Shown in pieces: positions 23,839 through 36,690 of a stretch of DNA of 64,000 nucleotides. The notes under the pieces were generated by a model. The model worked only from the letters and a program-made list of their open reading frames with translations, did no database searches and was not told where the DNA came from. The DNA comes from Podarcis pityusensis (Eukaryota), in assembly GCA_964106645.2 (NCBI GenBank), contig OZ067039.1; one strand, 5' to 3'. Each line of letters opens with the position of its first letter. Positions within the stretch are counted from its first letter, which is position 1. Position numbers and translations under genes: made by a program.

Positions 23839-26425
23839 CTGATTGAAAAAAGAAAGGGTGAGCTGTGTGCAGTGTCCAGGTACAGACAGTGCACAGAACA
23901 GTTTCCCATGGAAATATAAGTGGAACATGGATGAATAAAAGTTCAAAATATTGTTTAAAAAGGCATGAGGAATATATAATGAAAAGTATGGGGTGGAAGG
24001 GAGAAGAAAAAGAGAAACAGAATTTAGATACTGTTTGTCTTTACTTTTCGCTTTGCATTTTGTAAATCTATAACTGAACAGTATTCTGTAGTATGAAAAA
24101 TGGCAGGCATAAAAAGGGATGCTTGTTGTAACATTTTAAAAATAGGAATGTTACAGGGCAACCGATCACTTGCCTCAAGAGGAATGGCAAGAACACCCGC
24201 ACAAGACAGACTTCTGTCTGATCATTACTTCCATGCCCACTTCATTTCCTCTCTTTTCTCTCAATTACAAAATAAAACAAAAGGGGAAGGGTTGGAGGAC
24301 AAAAGGACATTCAATTCTTCTGAAAACCCTGAAAACCCTGATTGCATTTTTGGAACACTGCCATAAGCCAAAGTGGAAACAGACTTATGAAGAAAGTTAA
24401 AAATTACAGGAGTTTCAGAATGCTTTCTTCACTGATACTTTGGTAATATACATAATCAACAATTCCAATTTTAGGTAGTGTTCTAAATTGCAAATCAGCT
24501 GTTGAGAAAACTTGTTCCATTAATCTTCTGTGTCATCTACAGTTTGGTACATGACAGACATTAAACTATTTTTAAACATTAGCATAGTAATCAGTATGTA
24601 AACAAACATCTGCTATTGAATGCAGGTGTATAACAATTTATTTTAAAATCAGTTACCAATTTGAGGGATGAGGAAGATGACAAGGGGGCTGCTATGTTGA
24701 CAGTGTCCTAGTCTGAATGCCATGTTTTAGAGCGAATCGGAATTTTCAAAGAATTCTGTATTGTCAACTGCAGCCCCAAGCATATTCCAGTTTATATGCA
24801 TATAGGTTTCACTGGCATGAGTAGGACTTGAATAAGTGGGCTGAATTTTGTGTCTGATTCTTCAGCTTTGTCATAGCATAAACAAAAACCAAATTGTAAC
24901 CCACCCAACCCAACCAATTTCCAGTTAAAAAATTCTTCAAAGAATTGGGAGCAAGAACATCCCATAAATTGGTGAGTTCATACGTAACACTTCTAATCCC
25001 TCAAGAAATAAGATTATTTCCTCCCTCCCTTGCATGCTCAGAGTCAATTAAGTTTTGAACCAGGCAAGTCATCACCTAAGTGCTGTCAAGCTGGTTTGTG
25101 CATATTCTCCAAACTATTACTGGAAATCACAACTTAAAGTTGGTTCCTGGTTCTTGTTTCAAGGTCAGCCACAAACCATAGTTTGCCGATTTGGATGAAA
25201 TGGCAAACAACAATTTGCCTAAAAGATGGGAAGGAGGAAATGCCATACTAAAGAGGAAGGGGCTTGCACAAAGCTTATTCCCAATAATCCAAACCATGGT
25301 TTGGAAGATTGGACACATTATATGTGAAACAATCCAAAATATCAAGAAGAAAACCTTACAGCTGAAACTTTAGGTGGAGGAGGCTTGGGAAGTAATCTCA
25401 TCTGTCTAAGTCTATCTAGGAGGCCATCTTCCACTGACCTATTCTAGGGGTATTCTGCTCTTCCCCCCAAAAATGTTTTTTTCTGTGTATAGCTAGTGTC
25501 TTTGGGGTTTGATGCAGGATAAACACAGTGGGCCAGTGTGGACATAAGCTAAACCGTAATATAGTGTTACAAATTCATGAGCCAGGATACTTCCAACATT
25601 CATCAAGTGCCAGTTCAGAAACATCTGCTAATCACAATCCCTTGTTATGTCATGCTTGAGAAAACACTGTGCAAATGCTAGTTAGTGAGCAAGCTGGTAT
25701 CATAAACAACAATTATACCCTGGGTTTGTCTGAACTAACCAGAGTTCTTAGAGTCTGAACATAACATAATGGTTAATTTAACATCAAAAGAGAAAGTTTT
25801 CAATCACCTCTTCTTGTATGCAAGAGGAGAAAAGGTAGAGTGCATAAATTGTGCATGTATTTTTTCCCTTAAAATGTTAAGTGGTATATTAATTATGTAA
25901 ATAAATAAACACTGTACATGGTTCCTGGGGCTATTGGTTCCTCCCCTTCCTCATGGCTTCCCCCATCCTACTGACATCCTCACTGTATAATAATACAGAT
26001 GTCTTCTGAAAACTTCTTTATTTCCACAAGCCTACCTAGATGTATAATTTATTTGGGTATATTTGTTTTAATTTTATCTGTGTTTTATTGATAATTATCA
26101 TATTATGTTCACTGCTTAGAGGTTTTTCTATATATATAAAAAAACCCTGAACTGCAGCAATCCATGAAGTTGGCAATCAGCCCCACACATGAGCTCAGAG
26201 GCCCAAGTACAGAGTGCAGCAGTTACAAGTTTCTTTAAATAAGAGGCTCTAGCCAGTGGGATATATGTTCCGAGACCCTCAGCTCACATGCATGCATGCC
26301 TGCCTGTCTCAATCTCATTCTCCTCAACACAGCTAGACAAGGAGAATGATTAGGAAGGGAAGGAGCAGGTTATGTTGGGAGGCACTGAAGATCAATGAGA
26401 AAGGAATGAAAGTAAGTGATAAGAA

Positions 26426-26561
26426 CAGGCATAGGCAGACTCGGTCCTCCAGATGTTTTGGAACTACAACTCCCATCATCCCTAGCTAATAGGACCAGTG
26501 GTCAGGGATGATGGGAATTGTAGTCCCAAAACATCTGGAGGGCCGAGTTTGCCTATGCCTG
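26426..26561. mobile_element. Palindromic hAT MITE
   Basis: TIR CAGGCATAGGC / GCCTATGCCTG; TSD GATAAGAA / GACAAGAA. Confidence 0.88.
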
Positions 26562-26615
26562 GACAAGAAGGACAAAGTGAGTCCTTGGTGAGGGGAATGA
26601 GACAACAGTAAGAGG

Positions 26616-26644
26616 GTGTGTGTGTGTGTATGTGTGTGTGTGTA
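26616..26644. repeat. (TG)n microsatellite
   Basis: Dinucleotide run. Confidence 0.85.
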
Positions 26645-28574
26645 GACTTACTTTTGAAACTGAACAGCAGGAGCCACAAGAAAAGAAGGTAGTGTGGGAA
26701 AAGGGGACTGCAAATTTAATCTGTGTGTGAGAGAACTGTGGAAGAGAAAGTGAATGTATGAGTATGGTGCATGCTTCTGTACATGTGTAAATAGATGGCT
26801 GGGGATTTCCATGTGTGAAAAGAGAAGGAATGGATTTTTGTTGGGGTGAGAGGGAGAAAAATAGAGGTGTGTCTGCACACTTTGGGCTTTGGCCCTGCCC
26901 ACTGCCCTCACATGGTCTTCAGCCACTTTTTCTTCCAATAAATGCAGCTCTTCACTTATAAAAGGTTGTCCACTTCAATGCTAAGCTATTCTTTGGCATT
27001 ACCTTTCAACTGGCCTACATTTATGAATGTGCAGTGTATGTGCTGTGGAGCAATTAATATAGAAGTAAGAACAGAGGCTTCTACTGCTACACTGTGCCTG
27101 TCTGGAAGAACGATAGTAAACAAAAGCATGTCTTTCCCGCCCCTACTGGTTTAGTATCACAGACTGCAGCAGGGTGCTGAGCAAAGGTTCTGCCCCTTGT
27201 GGAGCCAGATTATTCTCTGATGCTTAAATATCCCCTTCCGCAGGCAAATATTCTACAAGTAAAAGCCTGAAGTCATGTGGAAAAAAATCTCAATTTTGCT
27301 GTGTACTTTGCAAATAATTATAGCTTCACGAGTGTATGCATGCTCTTTTGTTAACTTGCTAAAAGCAGTAATTTTACAGCTAATTTGCATCATCTTCCCA
27401 CCCACTCACTCAGAAGATTATTAAGTGTCAGGGAATAGCCCATGTTCCTAAAAAGGGTGAAATATTGTTCCATGCCAATCAAACATGAAATATCTGTGGA
27501 GTCCTAAATAAACTCCTGCTAATACAAGTTTTTCTGCCAGCTCCTTGTAGAGGCCCATGAAAAGTTTCTTTACCATCAACCAATGTGATACTTAGTTTAG
27601 TGCTGGAAGCTCCTGAGGGAGGACACAGACATTTTCTAATCATATCCCCAAGGTCTTTCAGCTCAACATGTTTCACATTCTGCAAGAATATCCGTCATGC
27701 TCCACAAACTGCAGCTTGCATGACAGTAACAGGTTCAAGGATTTCTTCTGTTCAGGTCATGAGCTGTTTGCTATCCTTTCTTGCCTCTTAAGCAGGAATA
27801 CTTTTCAGTGTCCTATATATGCCTTCTACTCAGGATTGGTTTGCTCTAAAAACCAAGGTTCCTATTCACATACAAAATATTGTGGAATGCTTAAAAAGTC
27901 ATTTGCTCTGAAGTTTGGCCTGAAGAAAGCTAGGACATAGCTGGAAGAAGAAAGAAAAGCATTCCTCAGAAGGGGAAAGCAGCCTTAACACTCTAAAGGC
28001 CAAAGAAACAGAAATGAGAATGAAATGTTTTGTTGTGACCCATACTCCATAGTCTGATCCACAACAGAACTTTCAAGTACTGTATTTAGGTGCAACCCAC
28101 CCCCACACCTTTATGTGCTAATGCCACACAATAATTATTTTTCCAAGTGATGCTCCTGATTAACAAGAAAAACTTCCTGAAAGTGTCCTATACTAATGGA
28201 AAAGGAATTCTGAGCATTTTCAGACTCAAAGGAGCCCTTCTGTTCACCAGCGGGGCAAGTCTGGATGGAACACATGGTATTCATTTGTTGTGTTTACAAC
28301 CCTTAAAAACACAGAGAAGTGTGATACTGTACCTAGAACTGTAAACTGTAGAAAAGCTGGTCTTTTCATAAACAAATAAAGGCACTTGCTAAGCAATTAA
28401 TAATTTTAGAAATAAAGTTGGGGATGCATATGATGATTACTTTATCTTGATGTCTCAATTACAGACTCCAAAAGAAGTGTTCTTCCTGGATTCTTATTCT
28501 CTGGAGCATTACAAATTGCCATGGCCTGAGATGGGATTTTGGATGTGGTAGATGTGTCAGTGCAATGTTAGTGC

Positions 28575-28700
28575 ATGTGGTGCCCTCCAGATGTTTTTAT
28601 TCTACAGCTCGTATCATCCCTGAACGTTGGCCATGCTGGCTGGGGCTGATGCGAGTTGGAGCCCAACAACATCTGGATGGCAGCCCATTGGTTGCTCCTG
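28575..28700. mobile_element. Diverged palindromic hAT MITE (approximate ends)
   Basis: ccctccagatgtt ... aacatctgga core shared with the other copies. Confidence 0.65.
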
Positions 28701-28967
28701 TACTAGAGTGTCTAAGGACAAACCTATAAGAGAAGCTCCATGTAGTGGCTGAGCCTTTTTTAATTATTCAATGTATTTGGGAAAGTTTAAAAACTATTAC
28801 TGGTGTCTCTCGATTACTTGGCAAAAGACAAGAGAAATAAATTATGTTTTTCATATTTCACATATCCACACTGCAAGACGATGTCTCAGCTCAATATTTA
28901 TTGTTGATATGGCACCACTGAGGTTCCTCCTCCACAGAGGAACATAAAAAAGATCTCTGCCTTATGG

Positions 28968-29104
28968 CAAGAATGGGAAACCTGTGGCTCTCCAGATGTT
29001 GTTGGACTCCAAATCCCATCAGCTACAGGCAGCAGGGCCAGTGGTCAGGAATCATGAGCTGTAGTCTCAACAAGGTCTGGAGGCCCATAGGTTAGCCAGC
29101 CCTG
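28968..29104. mobile_element. Diverged palindromic hAT MITE
   Basis: ctccagatgttgttggact ... tctggaggcc core. Confidence 0.7.
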
Positions 29105-29347
29105 CTAGAAAAGAACAGCTGGAAACAGCAAGTGGCGATATTGTGCTAATGCCAAATGTCTACACCTGCAGATGAAATAGGACATCTCACTCTCCAGTAA
29201 CTATGCTTTCTTTTACTAGTAAGCTAAGAAGTAAAGGGAGCAGACTCATGAGGCAAAACAGTACATTTACCTGCCCCACCCACATTTTCCAGGTTAATCT
29301 AACTTTTAGAGTTTCTTCCCACTCTGCTTCCAGAGTGCTGCACCTAC

Positions 29348-29493
29348 CTTGTCAAGGAAGGTGGGGCGGTCCATGGAAGACTCTTTGGAGATCGGTGGTG
29401 GGCGGCAGCCAAGGGGTTTGGTGACCATTCCATTGTAGTCAGCCACACCCATTCCACGCTTGTCCATTTCCACCTTCTTTTCCAGCAGAGCAC
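29348..29493 (-). CDS. TNRC6C: TNRC6C exon (ALLEKKVEMDKRG...PTFLDK)
   Basis: ttgcag|GT ... AAG|gtaggt; 146 nt, phase 1-0. Confidence 0.95.
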
Positions 29494-29785
29494 CTGCAAA
29501 AAGTAAACACAATATGAAGACACCAAAGAAAATGAGGGAAATGTCCCTAAATCAAGAAAAAATGACTGTTGTACAGATACAACTATTGCTACACTCCCAC
29601 TGATATTAATACACTTCATACTTGAAATTTAAAATGCATTTTGTCTTTTAAAACACTAAGATTGGCACTTGATAATTTACAACCAACTCGATCCTTTGAC
29701 ATAATGCTGCTGGGAAAAGTGATGCGAATTTCATTGTAACAGATCAACCCTCGCAGATGTCTATTTCAGTTACAAAAATACTTAC

Positions 29786-29843
29786 TCATGGCCTGATCTA
29801 GATTCATACTGTTACTCTTCAAGGCCTCTTCTGCTGGCTCTCT
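29786..29843 (-). CDS. TNRC6C: TNRC6C exon, UBA domain (REPAEEALKSNSMNLDQAM)
   Basis: tttgcag|AGA ... ATGA|gtaag; 58 nt, phase 0-1. Confidence 0.95.
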
Positions 29844-30282
29844 CTGCAAAAATGAGAAATTGCATTTTTTCACAACTATGAAACACAATGTAGATTTTAC
29901 AAGAACTGTAAAACAGGTGCAAGGGGAGACATACCTAGAGCTTTCAAACCATTCATCTGGTTGAAACAGAGGAATTTTGCAATCAAGTCAGTAATATATA
30001 TGTAAAATTTGGAGCGAGATGGATTTGCTAGGAGCCATGATTCAGAGCACCTTACAGCAACTACCTCCTCTCTTAAGACATCATAATCTGACATGATGAT
30101 TTTGGCTGGGACTTATGTGAGCTTGGGTCCACCAGCATCTGGGGGGCTACAGGTTCCTCATCACTGCTTAACACCATGAAGCCAAAGCCAGAGGAAATAC
30201 TAGCACATGAATATTCCTGGACTAGAACCACATGATGGATGAGCTAGAAATTTAATAAATAAACAAACAAAATGTTACTCAC

Positions 30283-30363
30283 TGGGAAGCCCATGTCTGT
30301 GAGCTGTTTTATCAGACGGTTCATGATCCAGGCCTCATCTTGCTTACTAGATGTCTTCATGCC
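30283..30363 (-). CDS. TNRC6C: TNRC6C exon, start of UBA domain (GMKTSSKQDEAWIMNRLIKQLTDMGFP)
   Basis: ttctcag|GGC ... CCA|gtgagt; 81 nt; UBA MGF motif; absent from the ORF track. Confidence 0.95.
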
Positions 30364-30592
30364 CTGAGAAAATTAATTGAGAGGAAAAATGGAAAACTTT
30401 TAAACAAGAAAACTCAATTTAATTCAACAGGACTTACTTCTAGGTAACAGTATATAGGATTGCAGTCTAAATTTCTTTATTTGTCATATTTATTGCAGGG
30501 AAAGAGAATGAAAATCCACATGAAGTCTTTCCATATAAATATTGCATGAATGTGAGACGGCTGGGGTGCAATGTTAAACCATTGTATAGTGT

Positions 30593-30728
30593 TGGGTTAG
30601 GCAACATGGTGCCCTCCAGATGTTGTTGAACTATAAGTCCCATTAACCCCAGCCAGTATGGCCAATGGCAGGGAATGATGGAGGTTGTAATCCAACAACA
30701 TCTGGAGGGCACCGCATTGTCTACCTCA
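30593..30728. mobile_element. Diverged palindromic hAT MITE (approximate ends)
   Basis: ggtgccctccagatgttgttg ... caacaacatctggagggcacc inverted arms. Confidence 0.75.
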
Positions 30729-31602
30729 GATATAATACTGCATGCATGAGCTGTGGCATGTTTTGGGTTCACACCAGAGGGGGAACTATGTTTCTTCTTG
30801 TCAGAAAAGCAGTTTGGATGTAAAGAAAATATATTACTCTATGGTTAAGCATGGCTGGGCATCACATCCACAAGTTGCAGCAAGCTTCCTCTTTTGTGCA
30901 AAGGTAGAAAAAGTAGGGAACGTCCGTTTTTGATTTTAAATTAACCAGTTCCCTGGTTAGTTTAAACTCGTTAGCTCAAATAAGCCAGGATCAAACAAAT
31001 GGTTTCTGATCCTGGCTTGTTCACTAACTAGAATTTTTGCCACCTAGAATTCCTTAAGTGTGGATGCAAGGAGGAACTCAGGTTACTTTAAAGCTGGAAG
31101 TGGAGGCTTTCAGGTTTACACAAATCTCATACAATCACCTGAGAAAGATTCCTACTTTCTACCTAATTTGTTGGACAGCAGAGAAATAGCTTATCACACT
31201 TGTTAGCAAGCAGACATGCAATATGACCTGCAAACCTCTTGTGTCCCTTATTTGTCAGAACTCATTCTGACTATGTGGTCTTTGCATAAATGTTGAAATA
31301 CTGCAAAAATCAGATCTGTTTGTGTCTGTAAAGAACACGTGATTGACATCTACAGCAGGGTGCAAAGGAATCTGTTAGGCAGGGCCATAGCATATCAACT
31401 GATTCTCTAGTCCATTCCAGCTTTCCAACACCATTTGAACAAGACAAGTGATGGTAACTACAGGATAACAATCTTATTGTAGTGCTTTTTGAAAATGATG
31501 ACTTTCATACTTTTATAAAACAGTTTGATAAAGTATAAAAAATTAAGTGCATGAACCATCTCATCTTACTGATTTTTATAACCCAGCTGTGCTTAGTCCT
31601 AC

Positions 31603-31772
31603 CTTTTGAAGTCCTTTCTTTGGAGCATTTCCCCAGGAGCTACAAGAGGAATTACTCTCTTGTGAAGCAGTATTATTCCACATATCTCCTTCTTCATCTT
31701 CCCACTGACTTGTACTGAGATTTACTTCATCTCCACCACCGCCCCAGCCTTCTTGCATAGAAGATTTAGAAG
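31603..31772 (-). CDS. TNRC6C: TNRC6C exon (ASKSSMQEGWG...KKGLQK)
   Basis: cctacag|CT ... AAG|gtagga; 170 nt, phase 1-0. Confidence 0.94.
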
Positions 31773-32400
31773 CTGTAGGAGGAATGGAACATTTCAGTTG
31801 ACCTTCCTATACTTTAAAATCTATGGGCTTCGTTCGCATGTATCAGTCAAGACTTAGCACAAACATGTGGGCTCTCACTGAGAAGGCAGCAACCACTTTG
31901 CTCCTCCCTCCAGCACTGCTGCACCACTGTGAGCCAAATCATGGATTGGCTTAGTGGCTTATTCATCTGAACCTAGGCCTTTGACTTGTCTCATTCTAGA
32001 CAAATCATGAATGAAAAGCCATTGTTCCGAGTGAGAAAAACCACGAGCCTGGGTTCAGGAAACACACTAAGCCAAATCACAAGAAGCTGACAGCAGGAGT
32101 AATGTGGCCACTATTCCCTCTTTAGGAGCCCAGATGCTCAGATCACACTAAGCATTATGTGCGAGTCAATATATTTGGAATTTTTTTCGAGCTTGTTCTG
32201 TATTTTACTGCTACATCCATTTGGAGAGCTTATGTCTGAATTAATAGAAAGAGCATAGGTTATACATGTTGGCCCGTTGTTGGTTGTACAAGTGATCAAG
32301 CAGAATACCTGTTTAAGCTAAAAAAAAAGTAATCTATATGAAAACAGAGCTATAATTCTTCTTGCCAACTCAGCCAAGACAAATCAACACACACACTTAC

Positions 32401-32607
32401 CTGGTTTGCACAGTACTGGGGCAGCAGCTGGTGCACTTGCTCTTCCATATGACCCTGCTGACTCAGCAGAGTTATCTCCCCACCCTGTACCGCTGCTGGG
32501 AGGCTTTCCCCATGCTGAAGTGCCATTATCAACTGCAGCAGAAGGGGAGGAAGGCTCTCCCCATGAAGCTTCAGGCTTTGCATGGATAGCAGGCATCTCT
32601 CCCCAGC
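32401..32607 (-). CDS. TNRC6C: TNRC6C exon (GWGEMP...[11 protein letters not shown]...LCKP), Ago-hook region
   Basis: Tandem acceptor tttcagcag|GC (alternative start 32610), donor CCAG|gtaag, phase 1-1. Confidence 0.92.
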
Positions 32608-32702
32608 CTGCTGAAATCAGAAATGGGGGGGGGGGGGGGACATGGTTAGAGGAAACAAAGAAACATAAAATCAACTTTTCAGACTACATCTCCGGAAAGC
32701 AT

Positions 32703-32733
32703 TACATACATACGTACATACATACATACATAC
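32703..32733. repeat. (TACA)n microsatellite
   Basis: Tetranucleotide run with one variant unit. Confidence 0.9.
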
Positions 32734-32996
32734 CTAGCTATGGACAACTTTTAAACATGAAGCAATTGGGGGGGAGAGGATTTAATTAAGACAGACCCAT
32801 TTCATTTCCTCTTCAAGAAAGAATATACCTGTGCACAGTAAGAATAACTTGCTGAAATTGTGAAGGAAGTGGTGCCTGCATCATAATAAGAAAAAGCACC
32901 TGTGGATTCTTTTGGATGACTGAGTTGCAAGCATTCCCTACCTCCTACAAAATGCCAATTGATTATGATAATAAGACCCATCAGATCAGATAAATG

Positions 32997-33104
32997 AAGA
33001 TGTAGACACCATAGTGCCCTCCAGATGTTATTGGATAAACTGCCAGGGGCTGATGGGAGATGGACTCAAACAATATCCGGTAGGTACTATCTTGGCTACA
33101 CCTG
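32997..33104. mobile_element. Degenerate, internally deleted hAT MITE
   Basis: gtgccctccagatgtt and ggggctgatggga motifs. Confidence 0.5.
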
Positions 33105-36100
33105 GAGTAATGCGTGTCTTGATAACACATATGAAGCAGTTATTAAATCTGGGAACTAAAACCAAAGTGATTTTTAAAGAAATTAGATGATTGGACCACA
33201 TGCTGAGTATGCCTTGATTTGATCCAGAGCAATAGGTTACTATCAGTGACAGAACGTTATGCGTTTTACAAGGATAACATGGTCACTGGAGGAAGGAGTA
33301 AACATGAGAAAAGTAATTTACAACTTGAGATCAGATAATAAACAGAGTTTGTATGCAGTGACTTTCTAAATTATTATTGTATGATATAGGGAAGACTCCC
33401 CCAGCTTTCACTTATTGTTATGAGATTTCCAAAGAACACTGTCGTTGGGCAGCATGCAGATACTGTAAAAAATGAAACAAAAGTCCCTGATCAGGAGCCA
33501 AGGATGGACTGAGTTGGCTATGGAACATGGTCAATGGTATCAAAAGTGGATGACAGAGCAGAAGTGGCAGAGTTGCTCTTCCACTGTCCCAATGAAGGTT
33601 GCCTTTCCCATATACTGTTACCCCTCACATTGAAAACAGCTCTTCCATGCTACAACTAGGCTTGAAAACACTGTAGCCAACCGAGGGCTGTTTTCAAGCA
33701 TAATTGCTGCATGGGCAGCTGCAGCTGGGGAGAGGTTAATCCTCCCCATCTTCAGTGTTCATGATCACCTCTGGCAATTAGGTTTGAAACAAGTTGAAAT
33801 GCTTTCCCAAAAATAGTGATGCATGTGTTCTATGTGTATACCATACAACCGTGTGTGATGTGTGAGAATGTGGGGTGGTTGCAGGAAGATCATCGTTACG
33901 ATCCGCATTTGCTCATCCTTTTACAGAATTCTGTCTATCATTCAACATTATCCTCGGTTTCTTACAGCTGATGTATCTTTGTTTAGGGTGGCTTTCTGTA
34001 ATGTACCGCTAAGAAGCTTTGAGGCAGAAAAAAGGTCCTGCACCCAAACAGAAACATAGTAATTGCTTTGAGCCATCCTATGTTCCTAAACAGCTTGTAC
34101 GCTGACTAGGAGTTGGCATCTTAATGATCAGCCCTTCCTTCTCTAGTAAAATCCTCATGCTTCTTTTCCAAAAGGAACCTTTACCACAGGAGGCAACGCT
34201 GCAAGGTCAAACGTCATGCTGCTGTTTACCAAAGCCCGGCTCTAATGCAGTAGGTCTGGCTTGGTTAATCACAGACAGCATACATCATTCCACTAATCAC
34301 CTGGCCGCTAGCCAATAGTGGAGGAAAAATCACTTGTTAGCTTTGGGTCTCAGACCTGTCTTTTTTAAGATAAGTCTTCTCTAAGAGCTGCAGCATGTTG
34401 AAGTAACGTGATTAATTTTAGATTCTTATTTTGAATTTATTTGCATGGCAGACTTCAAAAAATCAGATTCTGATCTTATCTTACTCAGGCACAAAAAAAA
34501 AAAAAAAATCAAGGCAGAGCTATCTAGAAAATAACATTTGTTAACTGTGTGTGATCTGGGAGCTGTGGTATTGGAAGGTGTTTCCCCATGAGTTTGGTTC
34601 AAATCCTTGTTTCATGTTCAAATGGGCAAGTCTTTGTTTCCAGGTCTGTGTGTAAAACAGGAGTTACCTCAGGGGTATCCTTACTGTAAGGATACCTAAT
34701 GGGGGAGGGAAACCTCTGGTCCGTGGGCCAAATTTGGCCTGACATGGGTCCCAATTTGGTCCCCGAGGCCAACTTCCCCAAATCATGGCCACCTGCCCTA
34801 TGTATGTGACACCAGGTGTGGGACAGGTAGAGATGTGGCTAGACTGTTTGGGAACTGTCAAGGTGCTTTTGCCTGCTTTTGTGTGGGATGGGGGTGGTTC
34901 TGAGCATTACCAGGATGTTTTCTGTAACCTGGGCATTTTGTAGTGCTCACACCAGTTCTTAGATTTCCATATGTGCCCTTGGGCTCAGAAAAGGACAGTA
35001 TATTGTGTAATACACTAAGACAAGGGTAGCCAGTGTGGTGGACTGCAACTGCCTTTATTCTTGACCACTGCACAGACTGATTAAGCTAATAGGAGCTACT
35101 CCTGCTCCAAGGAATTTTATGGGAGTGAAGCTAACTGCAAAGACTGTGGAGGAGCTACTGGGACTAGCGAGAGGAGGGGAGGACCTGTGAAGTAGCAAAA
35201 GGAGGCAAGCAGCCTAAGATAGGAACATAGAAAAGGAGAGAACTGAAGAGTTGATGCCAGATGGAGGTGTTTGTGTAGTGGAGACTGGAGGAAGAGTAGT
35301 CCATTCATAAGGCATGGGGAACTTCAGAGATAAGGAAATATAAAGTTGAAAAACAGATTTGAAATAGCCAGCCCAATCTTTGGCTGGATGCCTCTCACAT
35401 GGAGTTAAAAGGCTTTCCCTCATTTCTGCCTTCATCCTGTGGTCATATATTGACATACATGTTGGCATAGAAGAAATTAAGTCTCATTAATTATTAGAAA
35501 GGAAGCTAGAATGCACAATTTAAAGAGCTCTGAGTCTTTGCAACAGTACATTTAACCTCAAGCTGAACACTGCAATTTCCACTGCAACATGTATTCATTT
35601 ATTAAGTACAAAGAAAGAGGGACCAGCTTCCCTGGGTTCTCTTTAAATTCAATAATAACGATTAATCACTACCAATCTGTAATGTATAAGTCATTTTGTT
35701 AAATACATTGTGTTTTGAGCCACACAATGTTATGTAAATTATTACGCACAACAAGAGAGTTCATGCCCTGGCAAATTACATGTAATTACATGAAAACAAT
35801 AACATGTGTTAAGACACCCATAGTTTGTAAAGTTCTCAAGAGATCAAATCAAATGCAAAAAATTGCAGTGTTGAATATGACGGCAGTTAGTTAGAAAAAT
35901 CTTTAAACAGTAACTTGGGTATTGCTGACGTTTGAATCCCTGAAACAATTCAAACTCCACTGGGGGTTTCAGAACGGTTATGTATATTTGCATTTCTTAA
36001 GTAACACACTCTCTCTCACATACTACTTTCAATCCAATGAAGCATATTACTAATGATATTTCATAGGCTCACAGGATCATATAGCTGGGTCTCTTTAGAA

Positions 36101-36362
36101 GTACTGCATTGGAGGATGATAGTGGGAGATCTCCACTGGGGATGAATTTCGGCATGCTATTTCTTCTTATTTTTTAAATACCCCAGTCATTTGTGTGTCA
36201 TCCCTCAAAATAAACTGACTCACTACTGGTAGAAGGCATTCCTTGATGATCCAGACAAAGAACTGTTCCATAACATTAACCTGCTTTCCCCAACATTAAG
36301 GCAGACTTATTTTTTAAAGGGCTACAGCTGTCTGGTTGATGATAGGGTAACATACTTTATTT

Positions 36363-36500
36363 CAGCAGAGGCCTACCTGTTGCCTTCCAGGTGTTGCTGG
36401 ACTACAACTCCCATCATCCCTGACACTGGCCATGCTGTTTGTGGCTGATGGGAATTCTGAGTCCAAAAACTTATGGAAGGCCATATGTTAGCCACCACTG
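36363..36500. mobile_element. Palindromic hAT MITE
   Basis: CAG...CTG ends, ggactacaactcccatcatccctgac core, perfect 8-bp TSD CTTTATTT. Confidence 0.85.
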
Positions 36501-36569
36501 CTTTATTTCATTGTAGCTAGAAAGTCAACAAGTAACTGATTTATTGGAATTCAACAGTCCCAATTTTAA

Positions 36570-36690
36570 GAATCCTGGAATTGTAGAGTTGGAAGGAACT
36601 CCTGAGGGTCATCTAGTCTCAGCTAAAGCATCCATGACAGATGGGCATCCAACCTCTGCTTAAAAACCTCCAAGGAAGGAGTGCCCACTA
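36570..36690 (-). mobile_element. CR1 LINE 3' fragment
   Basis: gtagagttggaagg..agggtcatctagtc is the reverse complement of the CR1 tail also present at 59270-59305. Confidence 0.7.

Noticed and set aside
34200-34420. CCAAT, E-box and CRE half-site cluster
   Set aside because: Short motifs expected by chance, with no associated exon signal.
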